Shown here piece by piece: positions 27,760 to 36,011 of a stretch of DNA of 64,000 bases. A model generated the notes under the pieces. That model saw only the letters and a list, made by a program, of their open reading frames with translations, searched no databases and had not been told where the DNA came from. The stretch is taken from NCBI GenBank assembly GCA_964576795.1, contig CAZNWT010000001.1, positions 56,697 to 120,696 of the forward strand, given 5' to 3'. Source of the DNA: an uncultured Victivallales bacterium (lineage in GTDB: Bacteria > Verrucomicrobiota > Kiritimatiellia > UBA8416). A program made the translations under genes and the position numbers. Position 1 is the first letter of the stretch; every line of letters starts with the position of its first letter.

Positions 27760-29258
27760 CTTCTTGCAGGAATAAATGTTTGGCAGACTGTGAGCATACC
27801 AATGAAAAGAAAACCGGCGGCATAGATCGCCAAGAAAGGACTTACGATCAGTTTTCCCGCTAGGAGATATTGAACCAAAGTCCAGCAGCTGTAGAGGCCA
27901 AGTGCAATTTCAACCACAGAGACCCACGGCAATCGAATCGCATATTGCTTAACGATACGATCCCCCCGCTTTGGCGTCCTTACAAACTCGCTCTCTTTTC
28001 TGAATATGGCTTCGATAATCGCACGAGTGTTAGAAACTGCCATTCCGATACCGACGACCATCAAGAACGGAAGCAGAAGCACGCGCCGTTTCCACTTTGT
28101 ATGGATGGCACGTTGACTCACCATATAGAGTGTGCTGGGTGCCACCACCGAAAAGCACAGCGGCAGCGAAAGCAGACAGAAGAGAACACTGGCAGAACGA
28201 AATTCGGGCATCATATGCAGAACAGGAAGGGCCAAGAGCACAAGGGTTAGCATCATCGGATGCACCAGGTACCCCCCCATATGAAATAGCGCCTGCAGCT
28301 TCTTAAAAGGGGATACCTTGGCTGCCATCAGTCTGGGAAATAGTTTGAGCAACGTCTGCACAGATCCCTTAGCCCAGCGGAACTGTTGCCCACGAAAAGC
28401 ATTGATATCTTCAGGGAGTTCAGCGGGCACAACGACATGGGGCAGGTAGAGCGTCTTCCAACCCGCAAATTGAACACGGTAAGAGAGATCCAGATCCTCC
28501 GTAAGCGTTTCCCACTGCCACCCCCCCCCCTCAACAATAGCAGACTTTCGCCAGAGGCCAGCTGTACCATTGAAGTTCATAAAAAGGTCATTCCAAGATC
28601 TGGCGATCTGCTCGATAATAAAGTGCCCATCAATCCCCACCGCCTGCGCACGTGTCAAAAGGGAGGCTCTACGGTTTAAATGACCCCAGCGTGTCTGGAC
28701 AAATCCAAGTGTCGCGTCAGATGCAAAATAATGGGCGGTATCCAATAGATAGTTCTCCTCGGGCACAAAATCAGCGTCAAAGACCGCAATCACATCACCC
28801 CTACACGCCTCCAAGCCCTTTTGAAGGGCTCCAGCCTTGAACCCAATCCGATCCACCCGATGCAGCACCTTGATGTCATGCCCCTGCTCCAGCAACTCTG
28901 CAGCAACCCGCTCGACCTCCTTCAGGGTTTCATCCGTTGAATCGTCCAACACCTGAATTTCATGCCGCCCTTTAGGATAGCGCATGTTGCAAGCCGCCCG
29001 CATAACGCGCTCCGACACGTTCCGTTCGTTGAAAATGGCGATCTGCGTGGTGACAACAGGAAGCGCATCTCCCATTACCAGCACATCATCAGCGGTGATC
29101 CTACCGTCATGGTGAGCCTGAACCTCCCGACGACGACGCATAAAGAGGATCAGCATGACATAACAATTCAAGCCGTATAACAGCAATCCCACGGTGGCAA
29201 TGCCGTAAAACGTGAGAACCATAGGCTTCAGTGCCATTTCCATCATATTGAGTTCCAT
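27756..29258 (-). CDS. Processive GT2, cellulose synthase-like (CslA-type) membrane glycosyltransferase
   Basis: VLDDS, GFKAGAL, FDADF, TEDLDLS and QFRWAKG (D,D,D,QxxRW), flanked by TM helices. Confidence 0.92.
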   Translation of the reverse strand: MELNMMEMALKPMVLTFYGIATVGLLLYGLNCYVMLILFMRRRREVQAHHDGRITADDVLVMGDALPVVTTQIAIFNERNVSERVMRAACNMRYPKGRHEIQVLDDSTDETLKEVERVAAELLEQGHDIKVLHRVDRIGFKAGALQKGLEACRGDVIAVFDADFVPEENYLLDTAHYFASDATLGFVQTRWGHLNRRASLLTRAQAVGIDGHFIIEQIARSWNDLFMNFNGTAGLWRKSAIVEGGGWQWETLTEDLDLSYRVQFAGWKTLYLPHVVVPAELPEDINAFRGQQFRWAKGSVQTLLKLFPRLMAAKVSPFKKLQALFHMGGYLVHPMMLTLVLLALPVLHMMPEFRSASVLFCLLSLPLCFSVVAPSTLYMVSQRAIHTKWKRRVLLLPFLMVVGIGMAVSNTRAIIEAIFRKESEFVRTPKRGDRIVKQYAIRLPWVSVVEIALGLYSCWTLVQYLLAGKLIVSPFLAIYAAGFLFIGMLTVCQTFIPARR

Positions 29259-29302
29259 ATCATGAATTGGAGTGCTTAAAGAATCAGAGGGCGGAAACTT
29301 TA

Positions 29303-30088
29303 TCAGTTCTGGGCATTCAAGAGCCAGTCATAACCCAGTGTTTTAATCGTAGGCGATGCGTTCGCTTCTGACAGAAACGAGACTGTCTCATCGGATGCGT
29401 AGAGCCGAATCAAGTCAACCACGGAGCGCTTTCCCCCATCAGTGAAGTCATCACCGAACCATTTGAAGATCTTGCTAACGCGCAAGATATACCTTTTGCG
29501 CCCCAGCAAGCCACTTGAGACTTCCGTCTGAATGTGCTTAGGCGACGCCATGAATAGCCGCGTGGCACGATCAAGTTGAGACCCAGCACTCTCCCCACAA
29601 TAGGCCCAGGGCTGCAAATCGGGGCACCCAATGCTGGCACACACAATCGCAAAGTGGATGCGTGGCTCACGAAACACCTTTCGTAGAATCTCATGCTCGA
29701 TGGCATCCAAATTGTAAAGCGTATCCCCAACGCGCCAGCGCTTCTGCTTCCACGGCGCATCAATATCCCGAATGCTCTTAAGCGGCATATTGTCCACAAT
29801 CAACTTCACCGTGAAGGCATTATACGCATTGATCCAGAATGCGAGCTGGTGGTCACGCGACATCCCCGCAGGAGCGGCTTCAGACAGTTTCTCCAAATAG
29901 TCATCAAGAGCCGCTGGCGCATTTTTGATCGCTTCATAGTCCACAAGCCCCTTGCTTACATGTGCTTTCAGAAGCGCATCCCAACCATCGTGGAAACCAC
30001 CCGATCCGGATTCACCCTCTTCGCCGATCGCAGTGCCGACAAATGACAATAGGCCCGCAGCAACCATCATGCTCCAAATCTGTTTCAT
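29303..30088 (-). CDS. Exported DUF547 family protein
   Basis: Signal peptide, LAFWINAYNA, IEHEILR, EPRIHFAIVCASIGCP, YDWLLN; GAGGA RBS before the ATG at 30088. Confidence 0.88.
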   Translation of the reverse strand: MKQIWSMMVAAGLLSFVGTAIGEEGESGSGGFHDGWDALLKAHVSKGLVDYEAIKNAPAALDDYLEKLSEAAPAGMSRDHQLAFWINAYNAFTVKLIVDNMPLKSIRDIDAPWKQKRWRVGDTLYNLDAIEHEILRKVFREPRIHFAIVCASIGCPDLQPWAYCGESAGSQLDRATRLFMASPKHIQTEVSSGLLGRKRYILRVSKIFKWFGDDFTDGGKRSVVDLIRLYASDETVSFLSEANASPTIKTLGYDWLLNAQN

Positions 30089-30160
30089 ACCTGATCCTCT
30101 TCTTCGTAGATCGGACATCTTGTCCAATCGAACCCTTGGCAGACGGACAAAATGTCCGTC

Positions 30161-32632
30161 CTACTTCAAGTCTTGCGATATTTCTGGATGCCGTTTGACT
30201 TCATCATCAAGGCGTTCGCGAAGCTTTTGTTTTGGAAGACCCGCCGACCAGCCGCGAGCCAACGGAATATACGCCTTCTTGTAAACCACGTTATCAGGAT
30301 CCGATTGCCCCACAGAACCAAACGTCAAAACCTGCATAGGGCAATTCACGACGCAAGCACTGCAACGCACACATTCAACATCGTTCATAGGAACCCCACG
30401 ACTGGCATACCCCATAACATCAATACCCATATGGCACACTTTCGTGCAGATATTGCACGAAATGCACCGCTTTTTGTTTGCCATGATGCGATAGCGCGAG
30501 AATCGAGAATAGATGTGCATTAACGCCGCAAGCGGGCAGCCATACCGACACCAGATGCGGCCACCATAAAAGAAATAGACGCCAAGCCCGAGGACTCCAG
30601 CAAACACAACATCAATCACCAACTTGTAACTATACCATAGCGAACTGGCCACGACCGGTATCGCACAATGGGGATCCACCTTGTGACATAGCTTGTAAGG
30701 CATATATAGCAAGCCGCAGCCAATGGCAGCCCATAAAACCACTTGTCCAATATTTTCCATTCGTTTGGCAAGCGGTCCGTGTGGCGATAGCGTACGATAC
30801 TCATCACCCAGCGTCTCAGCCATCGCCCCACAGGAACAGATCCAGCCGCAATACGCGCCCTTGCCCCAGAAATAGACCAGCAAAAACAGAATACCAAAGG
30901 TCTGCACGAAGGGAAACCACGTCCAAAAGGCACTATTGCCGAACTCGTTGATGTTTAGCGGCCAAAACAGAATGAATGCAAATGAGCTCCATTTACCCGA
31001 TGGAAAGAGCTGCTCACGCAATCCGTCAGACAGCGCTCCAGCAATGAAACGGTCATACAGGAAAAACGGGATCACAAAAAGAAAGAGCGCTTGTATAACA
31101 ATCAGCGTCATCGTCTGTGTAATGATGTACGGTGTTGGTGTACGCTGCATACGGTAAATACCAAAAATCAAGATCGTAAGCGTATAGAACAGGGAGTAAT
31201 AATACGTGGGTGCCTCAACCCAAGCTGCATCCTGCATGAGTTGGCTCTGCATGTAGACCTTGAAGAACGTAATCCCGACGCCAATGAAGTAGCCATACTT
31301 GATCGTCTTCCAGATGGAGCCAAAATAACGTTCTCGCTCCCTAGCCATATCCCCCAGCATCGCGCCACCCGAAACGAGGAACACTACCGATCCTAGCCAA
31401 CCCAACAGAAAATTCAGAGAACCATACCAGGTTTGCCCCGCAAGCGACCAAGTCAAGCCCGCCCGCCAAGGCGCGGTGAGATAAGCCCATATCGCTGAAA
31501 TGGGATTCTCGGCACCAGCAAAGACATTCACGGCTCGTCCGGACTTCCCAAAGTAGAGCATCGTAAAGAAACTCAGTAGCGCGATCAGGCCAACCCACCA
31601 GATGCGACTCCGTTCACCCTCCATTGCAATGCGGGAACGCTTGAAAAATGCCACCGGAATCTCGGAGCCAATCAAAGCATACACCACATCATTAGGGAGG
31701 GTCTGTTCGCCTTCGGTGGTGGCAAGCACGATCTCCGTTTCCCGAATCTCCTTTACCGTACTTTTAAAGAACGGGTGAATCCGACCCTTCCTCACCGCTT
31801 CGGTAAATGCTGCGAAATTTTGTTCTTTCGGGCGAGAAAACGCAGGCTTGCGATAGGAGAGCGTCACTTGATTGCCGGCATCCGCCAGTGCCACTGCAGC
31901 CTCAAGCGCACTATCCCCACCGCCCACAACCAAAATATTCTGATCCTGATGTTCCCCCGGATCAACCAATCGCGTGAAGACTTTTGGGAAGTCCTCCCCC
32001 GGCACATTCAATCGCCGCGCATTGCCACTCTTTCCAATCGCAACAATCACTCGTAGCGCAATCGTTTCCCCATCCGCAGTCGTCTTCACGGCAAAAGCCC
32101 CACTGCGACCCGATATGTGCTTAACCGTCTCCCCTTCGAGCATTGGGATGTCATGCCCCTGAATATCCTGCTTCAACTCCTCGAGAAGTGTCTCTTTTGA
32201 GCCGTCATTAAAGACAAGAGCAGACTGCATAGGAGGATCTACCGGCGTCACATAGATGGGCTTTCCCTTTGGAAAATTCTGGATGGTGTTAAACGGCTGT
32301 GCAGCCTCAATCAGGAGCACGTGATACCCCAACGCTTGCGCACACAACGCTGCGGCCATTCCTGCCGGGCCCGCACCGATAATCACAAGATCATAGACAC
32401 CCTCCTGGCGACGCTTGCTCTCATCACGAAATTTCGCATCGGCATGTATCGCCTCTATCACGCCATAACCCGACTCGGCTGCGAGCTTGATCAACGGCAC
32501 CCCGGTTAGGTCACCCACACAGTAGATGCCCGGCACAGACGAGGCGTACCCCGATAGCTCCGGATACCGATCCACAGTACCCGTAGGATTTCCCTTCTGA
32601 AGCCACGGAAAATAGAAAGAAGGAATTTTCAT
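30161..32632 (-). CDS. FAD/NAD(P)-dependent oxidoreductase (TrxR-like, permuted) fused to a NapH/RdxA-like membrane polyferredoxin
   Basis: N-terminal VPGIYCVGD, GAGPAG, GGGDSA, then about 9-10 TM segments, CGWICSCG, CRYGCP, and two CxxCxxCxxxC 4Fe-4S motifs. Confidence 0.85.
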   Translation of the reverse strand: MKIPSFYFPWLQKGNPTGTVDRYPELSGYASSVPGIYCVGDLTGVPLIKLAAESGYGVIEAIHADAKFRDESKRRQEGVYDLVIIGAGPAGMAAALCAQALGYHVLLIEAAQPFNTIQNFPKGKPIYVTPVDPPMQSALVFNDGSKETLLEELKQDIQGHDIPMLEGETVKHISGRSGAFAVKTTADGETIALRVIVAIGKSGNARRLNVPGEDFPKVFTRLVDPGEHQDQNILVVGGGDSALEAAVALADAGNQVTLSYRKPAFSRPKEQNFAAFTEAVRKGRIHPFFKSTVKEIRETEIVLATTEGEQTLPNDVVYALIGSEIPVAFFKRSRIAMEGERSRIWWVGLIALLSFFTMLYFGKSGRAVNVFAGAENPISAIWAYLTAPWRAGLTWSLAGQTWYGSLNFLLGWLGSVVFLVSGGAMLGDMARERERYFGSIWKTIKYGYFIGVGITFFKVYMQSQLMQDAAWVEAPTYYYSLFYTLTILIFGIYRMQRTPTPYIITQTMTLIVIQALFLFVIPFFLYDRFIAGALSDGLREQLFPSGKWSSFAFILFWPLNINEFGNSAFWTWFPFVQTFGILFLLVYFWGKGAYCGWICSCGAMAETLGDEYRTLSPHGPLAKRMENIGQVVLWAAIGCGLLYMPYKLCHKVDPHCAIPVVASSLWYSYKLVIDVVFAGVLGLGVYFFYGGRIWCRYGCPLAALMHIYSRFSRYRIMANKKRCISCNICTKVCHMGIDVMGYASRGVPMNDVECVRCSACVVNCPMQVLTFGSVGQSDPDNVVYKKAYIPLARGWSAGLPKQKLRERLDDEVKRHPEISQDLK

Positions 32633-32756
32633 GATAACAACCTAACCAAAGAAGATGTAGTATCACCCTATGGGATAACGATACAGTGTTCGCACGATCA
32701 ACGCAAATGCCATTCGTTTGAGCTTCTTACAAAAAGCCACTCACCTGCCATGTGTC

Positions 32757-32785
32757 TCGACAACAGAAGGACACACTGCTATAAG
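32757..32785 (+). promoter_or_regulatory. Sigma70-like promoter of the ACP-lpxL pair
   Basis: TCGACA, 17-nt spacer, TATAAG. Confidence 0.55.
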
Positions 32786-32831
32786 GATTCTAAATCTTAG
32801 GAGACGCTCTTAACACAAAGGATTATGAATC

Positions 32832-33080
32832 ATGACAAGACAAGATATCGTAAATCAACTACGCGAAACCATGCGGACATCCTCACCAGACCCCATCGAT
32901 TGGGACATCGTCACAGAAGAAACTACCATTGGAACTCTGGGGTTTGATTCACTCTCGATTCTGGACTTGATTTATGACGTACAGCAGGCTTTCGGTATTG
33001 ATTTCGAAGCCGAGGAACTGGTCAACATCAATACTGTAGGTGAACTTGCCGACTTCCTTGAGGAAACGCTCAAGGCATGA
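32832..33080 (+). CDS. Acyl carrier protein
   Basis: LGFDSLSILDL phosphopantetheine motif, acidic 82-aa protein. Confidence 0.9.
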   Translation: MTRQDIVNQLRETMRTSSPDPIDWDIVTEETTIGTLGFDSLSILDLIYDVQQAFGIDFEAEELVNINTVGELADFLEETLKA

Positions 33081-33952
33081 AGAAACTGCGGCATCTCGTT
33101 GAGTACGCTGCCGTCCGCACGTTTCTAATGCTTGTCGATGCGCTCTCCCTTCGGGCTGCCGAACTGTTGGCCTCCGGAATTGCGGATATCTGGTTTTCAG
33201 CAGCGTCTCGACGGCGCGGTATCACCTGCGACAACGTCAGACGCAGCGGCATCGCAACTGATGAGATGAAGGTGCGGCGTATTGCCAAGGCGTCCTTTAG
33301 ACACTTCGCTTGCCTGATCATCGACTCTCTCAAATCCGACCGCTACTTGACGCCAGAAACGTGGCAAGAGCACATAAGTCTGGATGTGCCGCCAGAGACC
33401 CTGGCGCTCCTTAAACAACCCGATCAGGGGCTGATTCTCATTTCCGGACACCTTGGGAACTGGGAAATAGCAGCCCAGGCTCTCTCTTTTATCAAACCCG
33501 TCGTTGGTATCACACGGGACATGAACAACCCCTACACGAATGCCCTCATGAAGAAACGCAAACCCCGCAATGCGTTCACGCTTACGCCCAAACACAGTGC
33601 CAATATGGGGCGGCTCCTCAAGACGCTGAGGTCCGGAAATATTCTAGCGCTTCTGACCGACCAGCACGCACAACACGGCATGATGGTTGATTTCTTTGGC
33701 ATCTCCGCCAGCACACACACTTCACATGCCATGTTGCATTTGATTACAAAAACGCCCATGTGTTTTGGGTACTGCGTGAAGACAGGCCCAATGCAATTCA
33801 TGCTAAAGGCATCCCTCCCCATCACCGTCCCCCGAACAGGCAAACGCGACGAAGACGTAAGAGGCATTCTTGAACAACTCTCTCGCGAACTCGAAACAGC
33901 CATCCGGGCCTACCCCGAACAATACCTCTGGGCTCACCGACGCTGGCGGTAA
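33077..33952 (+). CDS. Lipid A late acyltransferase, LpxL/HtrB family
   Basis: GHLGNWE, LTDQH, VDFFG, YPEQYLWAHRRWR; ATGA overlap with the ACP gene. Confidence 0.9.
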   Translation: MKKLRHLVEYAAVRTFLMLVDALSLRAAELLASGIADIWFSAASRRRGITCDNVRRSGIATDEMKVRRIAKASFRHFACLIIDSLKSDRYLTPETWQEHISLDVPPETLALLKQPDQGLILISGHLGNWEIAAQALSFIKPVVGITRDMNNPYTNALMKKRKPRNAFTLTPKHSANMGRLLKTLRSGNILALLTDQHAQHGMMVDFFGISASTHTSHAMLHLITKTPMCFGYCVKTGPMQFMLKASLPITVPRTGKRDEDVRGILEQLSRELETAIRAYPEQYLWAHRRWR

Positions 33953-33958
33953 AGGGTG

Positions 33959-34098
33959 CGTTTAAGTGCCCGAGGAAGTTTAGAGATCGCACGACTTGTC
34001 CGCCGCAACTCACAGAGCGAAAGAGGAAGCACACACTTAAGCGTACACTTCGTCGCACTCTTAACCGCAATACTTACTTACTCGGATACGCTTAAACG
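33959..34098. repeat. About 140-bp element with 10-bp terminal inverted repeats and degenerate 12-mer internal repeats
   Basis: CGTTTAAGTG at the left end, CGCTTAAACG at the right (9/10 match); internal CACTTAAGCGTA / CACTTCGTCGCA / CTCTTAACCGCA. Confidence 0.5.
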
Positions 34099-34188
34099 AA
34101 CGACTTTCCACCACAAGCGGACAAGAATCGGTCCACCAGAGCGCGGAATAGTTAATGATGGATTGCGAATACATGCATAATGCTGCGA

Positions 34189-34545
34189 TCACTCATCATC
34201 AATAACATATGAGCCCGTGGATCCGTCGCGTGCGGAGCATGATAAGGGTTTCTTGCCTTCTTTTCCGCTTTTTCCGCCTACTTGTTGCCACGTGCCGCTG
34301 GCGAATGTCCAGTTTTCCAGTGCTGGTGTGATAAATTTTGCTCTTGTCGCGCGTTTAATTTCGCTAAATATGTTGCTCACAACTGTGGGTGTCAGTGCTT
34401 CCCGATGGCCGAAGACTCTTTGGAGATTTCCGCGCACTGTGATGCGGCCGTTGACGCTGCGAATGGAGATGTATCCCAAGTCGATCCAGTGACGAACGAA
34501 TACGCTCCTAGTCTTGCGATTGAATTCCAGATCTGCCACTCCCAC
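34189..34545 (-). CDS. Hypothetical protein, possibly BON-like
   Basis: Starts 6 nt after the receiver gene stop; RSVFVRHWIDLGYISIRSVNGRITVRG resembles the BON beta-hairpin pattern. Confidence 0.7.
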   Translation of the reverse strand: MGVADLEFNRKTRSVFVRHWIDLGYISIRSVNGRITVRGNLQRVFGHREALTPTVVSNIFSEIKRATRAKFITPALENWTFASGTWQQVGGKSGKEGKKPLSCSARDGSTGSYVIDDE

Positions 34546-34551
34546 TTTGAA

Positions 34552-34965
34552 TTACTCCTCAGTTTTTTCAGTATCTTCGGCTGGCCCGATAAGACTTTCA
34601 ACTTTTTCGTACAGGGATTCGAGGTGGAACGGTTTGTATACGATATCCGTGGTTCCATCGGCGAACTCATGTTCCCACATTTCCATGATGGTCTCAGAGT
34701 CGACATCGAAAGACTTAGGATAGGCGGTCACGAATAGGACAGGGATCTTTCGTGTGTTCCGGAGTTCTCTGTAGATTTCAAAGCCGTTTTTTTTCGGCAT
34801 CTTGACGTCGAGAAGGGCCAAAATAATGGTATCGTCGTTTATAAGTATTTTCGTGCCTTCCTCGGGGTCATTTGATGTGATGACCTCATAACCCCGTGCT
34901 TGGAGTACTTTCTGGAGGCACGTCAGAATCGTAGCTTCATCGTCTATGGCCATGATTTTCTTCAT
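34552..34965 (-). CDS. Single-domain response regulator (receiver only)
   Basis: IMAIDDE, LLDVKMP, FVTA and YKPF motifs. Confidence 0.92.
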   Translation of the reverse strand: MKKIMAIDDEATILTCLQKVLQARGYEVITSNDPEEGTKILINDDTIILALLDVKMPKKNGFEIYRELRNTRKIPVLFVTAYPKSFDVDSETIMEMWEHEFADGTTDIVYKPFHLESLYEKVESLIGPAEDTEKTEE

Positions 34966-35015
34966 AGAAGTTATTAGCTACCTTGAGAAGAGGTTTGTAA
35001 AGGGCTTATCTTCGT

Positions 35016-36011
35016 CTACCGCGAGAAATGGCAACAAGAGAGGTGCCCCTCCCCTAAGTCAGCTACATCTGGCTTTTCGGATTGGCACCGGTCAACTGCA
35101 GCGGGACAGCGCGGATGAAACGGACAACCTGAAACGGGATTCAAGCGGGAAGGCACCTCGCCCCGAAGAATGATGCGATTGCTTGCTTTGCCGCGTGCTG
35201 CCAGCCCCTTGTCAACATCCGGAACAGCAGAAAGCAGTGCCTGGGTGTAGGGATGCGAGGGGGATCGAAACAAAATATCACTGCACGCCTCCTCAACGAC
35301 TTCGCCGAGGTACATCACAAGCGTTCGATCACACATGTAGCGCACAACAGCAAGATCGTGCGCAATGAACAAACAGGCAAACGACAACTCCTGACTCAAA
35401 TCTTTTAACAAGTTCAAGATCTGGACTTGAACGGAGACATCCAGCGCCGAGACCGGTTCATCCGCAATCAAGAGTCGTGGACGAACTGCCAATGCCCGCG
35501 CAATGCCAACACGTTGCCGCTGCCCCCCACTCAGCTCATGCGGGTAGCGTGGAATAAAGTCCGCACCCAGCCCCACCATATCAAAAATCTCAGTGACACG
35601 GGACTGCCTTGCCTCCCGCGTGGTCAGCCCCAACCGATTCCGATGCACCGTGAGCGTCTCGAACACAGCATCACCGACAGGAAGGCGAGGATTCAACGAA
35701 CCCATCGGATCCTGAAACACCATCTGAACATCGCAACACAACTGACGCTTCTCCGCAGCCGTACCACGCTCCATCTCTCGTCCATCAAATCGAATCGTGC
35801 CCGAAGTCGCAGGAACCAAGCCAACAATGGCATTTCCCGTGGTCGTCTTTCCACAACCACTCTCCCCCACCAACCCAACGATTTCATTGGCACCGACAGT
35901 GAGGCTTACACCGTCAACCGCTCGCAGCCGACGGTGACCTTCCACAGGAAACTCAACCACGAGGTCGGAGACCCCTAGAAGTGCTGGCTCTCTAGACGAA
36001 ATCTGGCTCAC
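35016..36011 (-). CDS. Oligopeptide/dipeptide ABC transporter ATP-binding protein (OppF/DppF-like)
   Basis: GESGCGKT, LSGGQRQR, ADEPVSALD, HPYTQALL, GCPFHPRC; GTG start overlaps the upstream TGA. Confidence 0.93.
   Translation of the reverse strand: MSQISSREPALLGVSDLVVEFPVEGHRRLRAVDGVSLTVGANEIVGLVGESGCGKTTTGNAIVGLVPATSGTIRFDGREMERGTAAEKRQLCCDVQMVFQDPMGSLNPRLPVGDAVFETLTVHRNRLGLTTREARQSRVTEIFDMVGLGADFIPRYPHELSGGQRQRVGIARALAVRPRLLIADEPVSALDVSVQVQILNLLKDLSQELSFACLFIAHDLAVVRYMCDRTLVMYLGEVVEEACSDILFRSPSHPYTQALLSAVPDVDKGLAARGKASNRIILRGEVPSRLNPVSGCPFHPRCPAAVDRCQSEKPDVADLGEGHLSCCHFSR

Noticed and set aside
24951-32632. Selenoprotein or complete arsenosugar pathway
   Set aside because: No in-frame TGA within these ORFs, and no ArsS radical SAM or ArsM methyltransferase is adjacent.
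33959-34098. CRISPR array or tRNA in the repeat-rich intergenic regions
   Set aside because: Repeats are short, degenerate or inverted, with no constant repeat-spacer period. No cas genes and no tRNA cloverleaf or T-loop motif were found.
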